Source of the DNA: Eledone cirrhosa
Lineage: Eukaryota
DNA length: 64,000 bases
Direction: 5' to 3'
Assembly: GCA_964016885.1 (NCBI GenBank)
Contig: OZ024765.1
Location: 23,126,001 to 23,190,000, forward strand
Within the stretch, counting starts at the first letter, position 1, and each line of letters begins with the position of its first letter. A program made the translations under genes and the position numbers. A model generated the notes under the pieces. It did not search any database, was not told where the DNA came from, and worked only from the letters and a program-made list of their open reading frames with translations. Below, in pieces: positions 1 through 12,118 of the stretch.

Positions 1-14
1 TAAGTGTGTGTGTG

Positions 15-1459
15 TATATGACTTTCAGAAACATTTTTCAGAGTTGCTGAAGCATGGAACAAACTACCTGCATCAGTTGTTAGTTGTCGAGACACTGCAT
101 CCTTTAAAACCTCCATGGAACAAACTACCTGCATCAGTTGTTAGATGTCGAGACACTGCATCCTTTAAAACCTCCATGGAACAAACTACCTCCATCAGTT
201 GTTAGCTGTCGAGACACTGCATCCTTTAAAACCTCCATGGAACAAACTACCTCCATCAGTTGTTAGCTGTCGAGACACTGCATCCTTTAAAACCTCCATG
301 GAACAAATACCTGCATCAGTTGTTAGTTGTCGAGACACTGCATCCTTTAAAACCTCCATGGAACAAACTACCTCCATCAGTTGTTAGCTGTCGAGACACT
401 GCATCCTTTAAAACCTCCATGGAACAAACTACCTGCATCAGTTGTTAGCTGTCGAGACACTGCATCCTTTAAAACCTCCATGGAACAAACTCCCTGCATC
501 AGTTGTTAGTTGTCGAGACACTGCATCCTTTAAAACCTCCATGGAACAAACTACCTGCATCAGTTGTTAGCTGTCGAGACACTGCATCCTTTAAAACCTC
601 CATGGAACAAATACCTGCATCAGTTGTTAGCTGTCGAGACACTGCATCCTTTAAAACTTCCATGGAACAAATACCTGCATCAGTTGTTAGCTGTCGAGAC
701 ACTGCATCCTTTAAAACCTCCATGGAACAAATACCTGCATCAGTTGTTAGCTGTCGAGACACTGCATCCTTTAAAACCTCCATGGAACAAACTACCTGCA
801 TCAGTTGTTAGCTGTCGAGACACTGCATCCTTTAAAACCTCCATGGAACAAATACCTGCATCAGTTGTTAGCTGTCGAGACACTGCATCCTTTAAAACCT
901 CCATGGAACAAACTACCTGCATCAGTTGTTAGCTGTCGAGACACTGCATCCTTTAAAACCTCCATGGAACAAACTACCTGCATCAGTTGTTAGCTGTCGA
1001 GACACTGCATCCTTTAAAACCTCCATGGAACAAATACCTGCATCAGTTGTTAGCTGTCGAGACACTGCATCCTTTAAAACTTCCATGGAACAAATACCTG
1101 CATCAGTTGTTAGCTGTCGAGACACTGCATCCTTTAAAACCTCCATGGAACAAATACCTGCATCAGTTGTTAGCTGTCGAGACACTGCATCCTTTAAAAC
1201 CTCCATGGAACAAACTACCTGCATCAGTTGTTAGCTGTCGAGACACTGCATCCTTTAAAACCTCCATTCTTCCTGAAATTCGCCAACACTACACCTGATA
1301 TCCCCCCCTGCATACACACACACACACATGTATCTGTGTGTATTTCATGACTTCGCACACTGTTCACTTTCTTGACATTTGTACATTATTCTATGTACTA
1401 TACATGCACCTTTGATGAGTTGTAGTGCACCTGAGCACTGTACACAATGATTTCATTAT

Positions 1460-1465
<6 letters not shown>
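15..1465 (+). mobile_element. CR1-type LINE 3' end with an internally amplified minisatellite
   Basis: Reads RVAEAWNKLPASVVSCRDTASFKTSILPEIRQHYT*, resembling the CR1 ORF2 C-terminal 'RV...WN.LP..VV......FK' motif. It is followed by a 3' UTR and an (ATT)n tail. A single-unit relative lies at 46069-46293. Confidence 0.75.
53..1266 (+). repeat. 60/61-bp tandem minisatellite, about 20 units
   Basis: Unit catggaacaaa(c)tacctgcatcagttgttagctgtcgagacactgcatcctttaaaacctc repeated head to tail with no spacers. Confidence 0.97.
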
Positions 1466-1539
<74 letters not shown>

Positions 1540-1541
<2 letters not shown>

Positions 1542-2213
1542 CATAAACGAACTAAGGGAAAAATTAGAAATAAGAGGGATCAGATGTTGTTTACTCGAGA
1601 GAAGGCTACGTTGGTATGGTCACGTGATGCGCATGAAAGACGACAGCTGTATAACAAAGTGCAGGGCAATAAAGATAGACGGTAGCCACGGAGTAGGCAG
1701 ACCCAGAAAAACCTGGGACGAGCTGATGAATTCCGACCTCACACACTTACACCTCTCCAAGACAATGTCACTGGACTGAGACCTTTGGCGGTACTCAGTA
1801 ATAGAGAAGACCCGCCTTACCTAAATACAAAGTAAAACCTACTACAGTCAGTAGGCACCTCTAACAAAATACACCCCCGTCCCGCCACCCCCACCCTATC
1901 CACACCGCCCCTTCAATGTAAAGTTATGTTGGTGCCACAACATCCAGGCGGAAACAAATGAGATCGTGTAGATGTCACGACAAAAAACACACAGTCCACG
2001 CTGTAATGTGGCCGTGTAGGCAACACGGTAAAAACCTCCCAGCTCCACACTGTAAATGTGGTTGGTGTTAGGAAGGGCATCCAGCTGTAGAAAACCCGCC
2101 AGACAGTCCTATGCGAGCAAGTCAACCACTCTTGCCTCAAGTGGGAAAACTCCCGTCCAAACCCATGCAAGCGTGGAACATGGACGTTAAACGATGATGA
2201 TGATGATGATGAT
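1540..2213 (+). mobile_element. RTE LINE 3' fragment (degenerate)
   Basis: RRLRWYGHVMRM...GRPRKTW motif, 3' UTR and (GAT)n tail. Confidence 0.85.
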
Positions 2214-2280
2214 ATATACATACAGAAATAATAAATGTGAAGACTAAAATCCGAAGAGGGCTCAATAAGGATATATATAT

Positions 2281-2840
2281 AGTATCTAGAATAAGGACGG
2301 GTTGGAAGAAGTTTAGGGAGCTGCTTCCGTTGTTGACAAAGAAGAGTTTCTCCCTGCGTACGAAAGGACGGTTATATGATGCCTGTGTAAGATGCGCAAT
2401 GCTGCATGGTAGTGAGACATGGGCAGCAACTGCAGAAGATATGTGACGGCTGGAGAGAAATGAAGCAAGTATGCTCCGTTGGATGTGCAGTGTAAATGTG
2501 TGTGAACGACTGAACATGGATGTGCTGAGAGAGAAACTGGGTATAAGAGGGATAAGTTGTGGTGTGCAGGAGAGACGACTGAGATGGTATGGGCATGTGA
2601 TGCGCATGGTGGATGACCGCTGGGTGAAGAAGTGCCAGGAAATGCCAGTTGAAGGAAGACGCATTAGAGGTAGACCATGTAAAACATGAGCGGAGGTGGT
2701 GAGAACAGACCTCAGATCGCTGAAGCTCACAGTGGAGATGACGAAGGACTAACAAGTAGAGACATGCTGTGCTGAATAAGACCCGTCCCACCCTTGCAAG
2801 CAGGGAAAAGCGGACGTAAAATGATGATGATGATGATGAT
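2281..2840 (+). mobile_element. RTE LINE 3' fragment (subfamily B, short 3' UTR)
   Basis: RIRTGWKKFRELLPLL...MLHGSETW...RRLRWYGHVMRM, with in-frame stops. Ends cccgtcccacccttgcaagcagggaaaagcggacgtaaaa(tga)n. Confidence 0.9.
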
Positions 2841-2959
2841 TTAGTGAGAAAAACACTGCCGTCTGACATGGCTTGTCTCGCAATGGGGCAGCTTGCCTAA
2901 CCCATGCTAGCATGGAAAATGGATGTTAAACAATGATGATGATACACACACCCACACAT

Positions 2960-2960
<1 letters not shown>

Positions 2961-2991
<31 letters not shown>

Positions 2992-3313
2992 TTTACGTCC
3001 ACTTTTCCCTGCTTGCAAGGGTGGGACGGGAACTGATTCTGGCTTGATTTCTACAGCTGGATGCCCTTCCTAACACCAACCTCATTTACAGTGAGTGCTG
3101 GGTGCTTTTTTGCCGTGGCACCTCCACGACCACTTTGCAGTGGAATGATAGAGACCCCAGTCCCTATCATCTCATTTCTACAGCTGAGTAAACTGGAGCA
3201 AAGTGAAATAAAGTGTCTTGCTCAAGGAAACAACACATCACCCGGTCTGAGAATTGAACTCACAACCTTTCGATTGCAAGGCCAATGCTCTAACCACTAA
3301 GCCATGTGCCTCC
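2961..3313 (-). mobile_element. tRNA-derived CORE-SINE with RTE tail
   Basis: A box TGGCTTAGTGG, B box GAGTTCAATTC, CORE-like cttgagcaagacactt...ctcagctgtagaaatgag, RTE-derived tail and (GAT)n. Six copies in the window. Confidence 0.88.
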
Positions 3314-3349
3314 ATTTATATATTTATTTGTTTGTTTCCTGTCTTTCAG

Positions 3350-3705
3350 TCCAGTCAGCTAGTGACAGCAAGACCAACACAACAGCAGGAGGGGGAATGG
3401 ATGAGGGCCCCAGTTCACCCTGTAAAAGTACCAGTGATGACCATTGTGATGTTGTGAATAAACTGAAGAGCAAACGAGAGAAAAGGGCTGAGAAAGAGGG
3501 TCGGGTTTATACGGTGGCCACCGATAAATTTATCAAGAATCTCATGACGGAGTACAAGAGACGTAAACAGCAACATTCAATGCCGGCTTTTGTAAAAGTC
3601 ACCAAAGTGGAGACCCCAAAACCTCCCGACGCCCATGTACCCTCAGTGCCTCGGGAACCCGTGGCACAGGAGATTGAGAAACAGCAAAAGTTTTCCATCA
3701 TGAAG
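3350..3705 (+). CDS. ARFGEF3: Penultimate coding exon of brefeldin A-inhibited GEF 3 (BIG3) homologue
   Basis: Acceptor ttcctgtctttcag| at 3349, donor AAG|gtaagg at 3706, open frame. VYTVATDKFIKNLMTEYKRRKQQHSMPAF resembles the vertebrate BIG3 C-terminal VYTMAADKTISKLMTEYKKRKQQHNLSAF (recalled from memory, not searched). Confidence 0.88.
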
Positions 3706-3897
3706 GTAAGGTTTAGATTTCTGTTACTCTCTGGTCCCAAATAATAAAGGTTTGGGTGGAATAAGCAGAATTAGTCGTTTAGTTTACATATTGAGACCCC
3801 AACCCATCCTATTTATTTTATAACGTATGGGATTTTTGTGAAGTATAATGTCTAAAGACAATTAATTGCTACAGGAATGATACCACTTAACCCATTT

Positions 3898-4762
3898 AAC
3901 ATTTACATTACTCTATATATACTATTGTATTTTCACAGTAAAGGCTTTACCTCACATAATATCTCACATAACATTTACATTACTCTATATATACTATTGT
4001 ATTTTCACAGTAAAGGCTTTACCTCACATAATATCTCACATAACATTTAAATTACTCTATATAAACTATTGTATTTTCACAGTAAAGTCTTTACCTAACA
4101 TAATATCTCACATAACATTTACATTACTCTATATATACTATTGTATTTTCACAGTAAAGGCTTTACCTCACATAATATCTCACATAACATTTAAATTACT
4201 CTATATAAACTATTGTATTTTCACAGTAAAGTCTTTACCTAACATAATATCTCACATAACATTTACATTACTCTATATATACTATTGTATTTTCACAGTA
4301 AAGGCTTTACCTCACATAATATCTCACATAGCATTTACATTACTCTATATATACTATTGTATTTTCACAGTAAAGGCTTTACCTCACATAATATCTCACA
4401 TAACATTTACATTACTCTATATATACTATTGTATTTTCATGGTAAAGGCTTTACCTCACATAATATCTCACATAATATTTACATTTCTCTATATATACTA
4501 TTGTATTTTCACAGTAAAGGCTTTACCTCACATAATATCTCACATAACTATTACATTACTATATACTATTGTATTTTCACAGTAAAAGCTTTACCTCACA
4601 TAATATCTCACATAACTTATCAAAGGTTTTTAGATGCAGCTGTAATGGAATGTTTTTAGATAAATATAAACACTTTAACCCTTTAATATTTACATTACTC
4701 TATATTTACTATTGTATTTTCATGGCAGAGGCTTTATTTCTCATAATTATCTAACATAACAT
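3898..4762 (+). repeat. 72-bp intronic minisatellite, about 10 units plus one diverged unit
   Basis: Unit acatttacattactctatatatactattgtattttcacagtaaaggctttacctcacataatatctcacata. Confidence 0.95.
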
Positions 4763-5044
4763 TAAATCTATGAGATTTTGATATTATTTATTTTGAGAAC
4801 AATACCTTAACATCAGTATGAGTGGCCGGTTATGATGAGTTTGAATAGGAAGAGGTGAGAGAATTCTGGCCAGATATGGCTGGTTTAAATGCTAAACCCT
4901 GTGATGGGCCTGTGTCCTCTCCAGAGGGAAATAGTGTACTATATTATGTCACAGAAAACATAGAAACGTGGCCCAAGAACTGGTTTGATGAGCGTCCAGG
5001 CTCGGGACAGATTTAGACTTTAGAGAAACTTTCTAACTATTTGA

Positions 5045-6015
5045 CCACACGACCAGCACCACCGCCATCACCACCACTACCACTACCACCACCATCACCA
5101 TCATCACCACCACCATCATCACCATCATCACCACCACTATCACCATCATCACCACCACCACCGCCACCACCACAACTATCACCACCACCATCGCTACCAT
5201 CACCACCACCATCATCACCATCATCACCACCACTATCACCATCATCACCACCACCACCACCGCCATCACCACAACTATCACCACCACCACCACCATCACC
5301 ATCATCACCACCACCATCATCACCATCATCACCACCACTATCACCATCATCACCACCACCACCACCGCCATCACCACAACTATGACCACCACCATCGCTA
5401 CCATCACCACCACCATCATCACCATCATCACCACCACTATCACCATCATCACCACCACCACCACCGCCATCACCACAACTATCACCACCACCACCACCAT
5501 CACCATCATCACCACCACCATCATCACCATCATCACCACCACTATCACCATCATCACCACCACCACCACCGCCATCACCACAACTATGACCACCACCATC
5601 GCTACCATCACCACCACCATCATCACCACCACTATCACCATCATCACCACCACCACCGCCATCACCACAACTATCACCACCACCATCGCTACCATCACCA
5701 CCACCACCACCATCATCACCACCACTATCACCATCATCACCACCACCACCGCCATCACCACAACTATCACCACCACCATCGCTACCATCACCACCACCAC
5801 TATCATCACCACCACCAAAACCATCACCACCACCAAAACCACCACCATCACCACCACTATCACCATCATCACCACCACCATCATCACCACCACCATCACC
5901 ACAACTATCACCACCACCATCGCTACCATCACCACCACCAAAACCACCACCACCACCACCAAAACCACCACCATCACCACCACCACCACTACCACTACTA
6001 CTACCACCACCACCG
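5045..6015. repeat. (CAC/CAT)n trinucleotide low-complexity tract in the last intron
   Basis: Degenerate ACC/ATC repeats; these produce the poly-T/P/V/G ORFs in the track. Confidence 0.95.
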
Positions 6016-6324
6016 CTGTGATAGCTATGGATTGGCAAAGACTTGTGTTCTCAATTCCATGAAACTCCGGGATAAGCACTTGTCTGATGAGACTCTGGGC
6101 TTGAGAGAGACTTTAACCCTGTGATGGACTGGTACCCTGTCCAGGGGGTGTTGTGTGCTCGCAGTTGCTAATCATCAAAAATTCGAGATAAGCAACGGCT
6201 TGATGTGACCACGGGCTTGAGACAGACTTTAGACTTTTTAGGGAAAGAGACAAGGATTGTGGCCTGACTATGGCCTCAGAATTCCCCAAATTCTCCCCTG
6301 ATTTGTCTTGTTTTTGCTCTTCAG

Positions 6325-6540
6325 GACAGCGAGGCCCATCTGAAGTCCTGGACAGAGTTACTTTGCGCCATTTTACGCCTGTTCCAAGAATTACCAGACC
6401 ACAAGTTCTACGCTCTGCTACCAACAGTCTTCAACTGCTTAAATCAGTTAGTCTGCCACTCACAGGAACAACGCTTGAACGATGCACTGGCACAGTGGCT
6501 CCACCGGGTCGGGCATCTCGTTGGAATTAACCCCTTGTAA
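6325..6540 (+). CDS. ARFGEF3: Terminal coding exon of BIG3 homologue (not in the ORF track)
   Basis: Acceptor tttttgctcttcag| at 6324, phase 0 matching the upstream donor. Translates DSEAHLKSWTELLCAILRLFQELPDHKFYALLPTVFNCLNQLVCHSQEQRLNDALAQWLHRVGHLVGINPL*, similar to the recalled BIG3 end DAEAQIQAWT...LPDQTFTALQPAVFPCISQLTCH...EWLGRVG. Confidence 0.9.
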   Translation, partial: DSEAHLKSWTELLCAILRLFQELPDHKFYALLPTVFNCLNQLVCHSQEQRLNDALAQWLHRVGHLVGINPL

Positions 6541-6600
6541 TGACAACATACACACGTGCTTACACAAACATACACGCAAGCACGCACACACACATACACA

Positions 6601-6653
6601 CGTGTGTGTGTGTGTATGCTTATATGTATATGCATGAATGATGCAGGAACGAA

Positions 6654-6704
<51 letters not shown>

Positions 6705-6742
6705 ATGCTTATATGTATATGCAGGAATGATGCAGGAACGAA

Positions 6743-6801
<59 letters not shown>

Positions 6802-6839
6802 ATGCTTATATGTATATGCATGAATGATGCAGGAATGAA

Positions 6840-6902
<63 letters not shown>

Positions 6903-6940
6903 ATGCTTATATGTATATGCATGAATGATGCAGGAATGAA

Positions 6941-6990
<50 letters not shown>
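6601..6990 (+). repeat. Four compound repeats (about 90-100 bp) in the probable 3' UTR
   Basis: gtatgcttatatgtatatgca(t/g)gaatgatgcaggaa(c/t)gaat separated by variable (TG)n(TA)n(TG)n. Confidence 0.9.
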
Positions 6991-6993
<3 letters not shown>

Positions 6994-7073
6994 AAATATA
7001 TATATATGTATATATACACACACACACCCACATATATATACATACACACTCAAACACATACATATATATAGAT

Positions 7074-7122
<49 letters not shown>

Positions 7123-7246
7123 TTCACACACAGACAGACATACATATATATATATACACACACACACATACATACATACATACACATAGATCCATACAAC
7201 AAAATATTTATTTAAGAATCCCTATTATTATATTTAAAATTATTTA

Positions 7247-7288
7247 AATAAAATATTTATATTCTGGAAGATTTGCTGCTGAAATAAA
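7247..7288 (+). promoter_or_regulatory. Candidate polyadenylation signals of ARFGEF3
   Basis: AATAAA at 7247-7252 and 7283-7288, with a GT-rich stretch at about 7321-7348. AT-rich context, so weak evidence. Confidence 0.4.
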
Positions 7289-7400
7289 AGTTAGCAGATC
7301 TTTACTTTGAAATTGAACCTGTCTACTGGTTGTTATTGGCATGTCTTTATATTTGATAGATGGAAACTATCCTGAAGCCCATTGTATATTTATGTGTGTC

Positions 7401-7731
7401 TAAGACCCGACCCCCCCACGGGTACAAGCCGAAGCTGAAGCATATAGACGATATGCCCCCACACCCCCCACCGCAAAGTGGTCGAGGTGCCACGGCAAAA
7501 AAAAAAGCCCCCAGCACTCCCCACCGCAAAGTGGTCGTGTAGGCGCCACGAAAAAGCCCCCAGCACTCACTGTAAATGAGGTTGGTGTTAGGAAGGGCAT
7601 CCAGCTGTAGAAATCAAGCCTGTATGAATGAGCAAGACAAGGTCAGCCGACTGGACACTGCCCACAACAGGACAACCAGACGAACCCATGCTAGCGTGGA
7701 AGAACGGACGTAAAACGGTGATGATGATGAT
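7401..7731 (+). mobile_element. RTE (subfamily A) 3' UTR fragment
   Basis: Matches about 14995-15325 and ends in (GAT)n. Confidence 0.85.
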
Positions 7732-8056
7732 CCCTTTGCTTATATATCTCTCTCGCCCATGAAATTCACCCAGCTTAAGCTGAATAGATATCATGTGCTT
7801 GTTTCTTCCTATCTTTCTGTTGCTATACCATCTTTGTTTGTTTACTTGTCTCGCTCGCTTTACGCGATATTACTTGTCCCAATAGCTTTATTTAGTTATT
7901 GCTCGCACCAACTGGAGGTATATGATTTTCAAAGCGATGAAATACCAACGATAGTTGGAAAATCACTGATGAAGGACTATTTTTTTTTCATATGTAACCC
8001 ATGTGCAACCACGCAGCACTCAATTCTTCTCATATTTTTATATATATATATATATA

Positions 8057-8376
8057 TCATTTCATCATCATTTCATTTTACGTCCGCTTTTCCCTGCTTG
8101 CAAGGGTGGGACGGGAACTGATTCTGGCTTGATTTCTACAGCTGGATGCCCTTCCTAACACCAACCTCATTTACAGTGAGTGCTGGGTGCTTTTATTTTG
8201 CTGTGGCACCTCCACATCCACTTTGCAGTAGAATGATATGGACCCTAGCTGAGTAAACTGGAGCAATGTGAAATAAAGTGTCTTGCTCAAGGAAACAACA
8301 CATCACCTGGTCTGAGAATTGAACTCACAACCTTTCGATTGCAAGGCCAATGCTCTAACAACTAAGTCCTGTGCCT
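8057..8376 (-). mobile_element. CORE-SINE copy (small internal deletion)
   Basis: Same family as 2961-3313. Confidence 0.88.
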
Positions 8377-8640
8377 ACATATACATATATATATATATAT
8401 TTTTTTTCTTTTAATATAGAAATGGCTTCTACAGGACTAGAATCGTTTCATTCGAAACATGAAGCCATTTCTATATTAAAAATTTATACTGTGCTATGTA
8501 TTGAGTACCTTACTGTGGTTACCTCCAATTGAACCCGACAAACACACACACACATATATATAGTAATGATATACACATACATATACATGGGACTCTGAAG
8601 AAAAAATAAGTATATTTTTGTCTATTATTTCCTCATATTT

Positions 8641-8677
<37 letters not shown>

Positions 8678-8679
<2 letters not shown>

Positions 8680-9341
8680 ATAGGATATGTGTTCCTTCAC
8701 GCACAAGGCGCTAAGGGACGCATGTATTGTCCAACCAAATGCCAATGTGGTTCAATGGCAGGTTAATAAATTAACGAGCCAGAACATATATAAACAAGGT
8801 TTAGCAAGGTAAAGTCAATTTTTTAAAATTTATTTTGAAACTTTTTCATTATTTGCTAAACCTTGTTTATATATGTTCTGGCTCGTTAATTTATTAACCT
8901 GCCATTGAACCACACTGGCATTTGGTTGGACAATACATGCGTCCCTTAGCGCCTTGTGCGTGAAGGAGCACATATCCTATTATTACTACTCTCCTCTACT
9001 GTTGAGACAAATTGGGTCGCTCCGACTGCTGCTAGTGATAGTTGCGGCCGGTTTGACCTACCTCCCTCTGCCTCTATCTTTACTTTGGCCCTTGAAAAAA
9101 TTGTTTCTTCATCCACTCTCATCCCAGGAACAGTTTTGATAGCGCTAGTTCGTAATTTAAATTCAAGAATTTTATATTCTTCGAATGAAAAGAACCTTCT
9201 GACGAGAATCTTTCTTTGCAACGAAGGCCGTATGGTCTCCGTTTATTTTTGGGATTCGAAACCGATCGGTAAAGGTAACTATAGTAGGTAAAGTCAATTT
9301 TTTAAAATTTATTTTGAAACTTTTTCATTATTTGTTAAACC
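8678..9341 (+). mobile_element. Retrozyme-like element: 479-bp monomer plus inverted left arm
   Basis: 8807-8862 is directly repeated at 9286-9341 (period 479). 8678-8807 is the reverse complement of 8852-8981. Contains a hammerhead; (TA)n on the left. Confidence 0.75.
9194..9276 (+). ncRNA. Type I hammerhead ribozyme (enlarged helix II)
   Basis: acctt-CTGACGA-[gaatct...gggattc, 52 nt]-GAAA-ccgatcgg-TA-aaggt. Palindromic helix III; predicted cleavage after 9271. Confidence 0.85.
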
Positions 9342-9347
9342 TATATA

Positions 9348-10216
9348 CAGGGTGCGGACGATATTTGTTCGCAATTTTCAACTGCTAATTTTATGCAAAT
9401 TTTTTTTACTTCCGTTGTCACTCTTGTCTTCATAAAAACAGTGACTATATTTCCATTATTTATTTTCAGAATAATTGATTATGAATAATTTTGAACCTCC
9501 AAATTTGTGGAAGAGACACGGAGTTCTTCTTGGAATCCGCGCCGGGAGGACAAATAAGGAAATTTCAGACTTTCTCCGCTTCAGCAGGAGAATGGTGTCT
9601 CATCCAAAGATGTGCCCAGAGTTATGCAGACAAAGTTTCCAGTGACAACATTGGTCTTAGGTGTCGTCAGCAGTCAAGGTGACGTCATGCCACCTCACTT
9701 CTTCCCTGAGGGCCTCAAGCTGAACACCGATGGCTACATCCTCGTTCTAAGCGAGGTAGTAAAGCCCTGGATCGACCAGGTAACTGCAGGTAGGCCGTAC
9801 GTGTGGCAGCAAGACTCAGCGCACTGCCATACCAGCCGAAAGACCCAAGCCTGGCTGTCAGAGAACTTCATCGACCACACTTCACCTGACATCTGGCCTC
9901 CCAGCTCGCCTGCCTGCGACCCCTTCAAACTTCTTTGTGTGGGGCGCAGTGGGACGAGACACCAACAGATCTGGCTGCAATACGAAAGACGATCTGAAGG
10001 CCAGGATCACAAGTGCTAAGTCGGGGGACAGTGAAGAAGGCCTGTAGCAGGTTCCGAGGCCGTCATCAAAGCCAATGGCGGGTTTATCGAGTGAGATTGA
10101 AAGAACAAGTCATGAAGACAAACTGACCCAAGTTTGATAAATATATCTTAAAAAATAAAACTACTGTCTTATTTTTTCTTAGACTAATCTTGCGAACAAA
10201 TATCGTCCTCACCCTG
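9348..10216 (+). mobile_element. Internally deleted Tc1/mariner-superfamily (maT-like) DNA transposon
   Basis: About 27-bp TIRs cagggtg(c/a)ggacgatatttgttcgcaa with TA flanks. Transposase remnant 9612-10019 (VWQQDSAHCH...WPPSSP), frameshifted. Confidence 0.9.
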
Positions 10217-10280
10217 TATATATATATATATATATGTGTGTGTATAAATATATATGTGTATATATATGTATATATATATG

Positions 10281-10315
<35 letters not shown>

Positions 10316-10328
10316 GTATATATATAAT

Positions 10329-10673
10329 GGAGGCACATGGCTTAGTGGTTAGAGCATTGGGCTTGCAATCGAAAGGTTGTGAGTTCAATTCTCAGACCGG
10401 GTGATGTGTTGTTTCCTTGAGCAAGACACTTTATTTCACATTGCTCCAGTTTACTCAGCTGTAGAAATGAGATGATAGGGGCTGGGGTCCCTATCATTCC
10501 ACTGCAAAGTGGTCGTGGAGGTGCCACGGCAAAAAAGCACCCAGCACTCACTGTAAATGAGGTTGGTGTTAGGAAGGGCATCCAGCTGTAGAAATCAAGC
10601 CAGCATCAGTTCCCGTCCCACCCTTGCAAGCAGGGAAAAAGCGGACGTAAAATGAAATGATGATGAATGATGA
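10329..10673 (+). mobile_element. CORE-SINE copy
   Basis: Full-length member of the same family. Confidence 0.9.
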
Positions 10674-10822
10674 TATATATATATATATATAAATATATGT
10701 ATATATATATGTATATATATATATAAATATATGTATATATATATGTATATATATATATAGATATATATATATATGTATATATATGTATATAGATATATAT
10801 AGATATATATATATATGTATAG

Positions 10823-10879
<57 letters not shown>

Positions 10880-10884
10880 TATAG

Positions 10885-10919
<35 letters not shown>

Positions 10920-10957
10920 TATAGATATATATATATATATGTATATATATATGTATA

Positions 10958-10993
<36 letters not shown>

Positions 10994-11077
10994 TAGATAT
11001 ATAGATATATATATAGATATATATATGTATATATATATATAGATAGATATATAGATATAGATATAGATATATATATG

Positions 11078-11110
<33 letters not shown>

Positions 11111-11135
11111 GTATATATATGTATATATATATATA

Positions 11136-11966
11136 TATAAAAGACGTAAAATAAGAAAATAAAAAAAAATTAACTTACTTAAATTTTCACTCCAACTAAT
11201 TAGTTTCTGCAATGGGATAAAGACAGTTACGTAATGAACTGTTGAGAATTTCATTGCGTCATCAGGGAGATCATTCTCAGCCAAGTCTCTAGGCAATGCG
11301 CGGACACTGGGGACTCATATAAAAATAATAATAATTCGGTAAATGGAACAGCTATCGAGGACTGGATTCCAGGTACTGAAAATTCACACTGCCACTGGTC
11401 ATATGGCCGATTCTAAAGAATCAATCATGTGACACAGAGGCTAGTCAGTAGGAAAGGGATGGTAAGATGACAGACGCCTACTAACACCCCCAAAAAATTT
11501 AGAAGTGGTTTTGGCAGGTTTGCTCAACAAATCAGTCATTTGGAGATAAATATAGATAATTTAATATATCTACTAACATAAGCGCACAGATGTACGCTAA
11601 TGCCAGCAAATACACAGGTTATGTCATAGTACCTAGGTGGTTCAATGCAGGAGGATGCAGAACAATAATATAAAAGACGTAAAATAAGAAAATTTAAAAA
11701 AAATTTTACGACGCAATGAAATTCTCAACAGTTCATTACGTAACTGTCTTTATCCCATTGCAGAAACTAATTAGTTGCAGTGAAAATTTAAGTAAGTTAA
11801 TTTTTTTTTTATTTTTTTTTAAAACTTTCGTATTTTACGTCTTTTATATTATTGTTCTGCATCCTCCTGCATTGAACCACCTAGGTACTATGACATAACC
11901 TGTGTATTTGCTGGCATTAGCGTACATCTGTGCGCTTATGTTAGTAGATATATTAAATTATCTATA
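11136..11966 (-). mobile_element. Retrozyme-like element: 533-bp monomer (-) plus inverted partial copy (+)
   Basis: taaaagacgtaaaataagaaaat at 11138 and 11671 (period 533). 11710-11966 is a reverse-complement copy spanning the monomer junction. (TA)n on both sides. Confidence 0.75.
11190..11269 (-). ncRNA. Type I hammerhead ribozyme (enlarged helix II)
   Basis: Minus strand: ctcc-CTGATGA-[c-gcaatg...cattgc-a, 51 nt]-GAAA-ctaattag-TT-ggag. Palindromic helix III; helix I only 4 bp; C-A mismatch at the base of helix II. Confidence 0.72.
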
Positions 11967-12056
11967 TATATATATAGATAGATATATATATGTATATATA
12001 TATATAGATATATATATAGATAGATATATATATGTATATATATATAGATATATATA

Positions 12057-12099
<43 letters not shown>

Positions 12100-12118
12100 A
12101 TATATATATATATATATA

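Noticed and set aside
53-1266. CRISPR-like regular repeats (also 46581-47746 and 48568-57405)
   Set aside because: No unique spacers, no cas genes, eukaryotic context; these are plain tandem repeats.
5033-6079. Mucin-like or Gly-rich ORFs (also 61957-63930)
   Set aside because: Trinucleotide low complexity open in several frames, with no splice support; the first lies in an intron.
6270-6530. 86-aa ORF in the track
   Set aside because: Wrong frame; the BIG3-like frame is 6325-6540.
10329-10400. tRNA gene
   Set aside because: A and B boxes are present but there is no proper acceptor stem, and it continues into CORE and LINE-derived tail in six copies; it is a SINE head.
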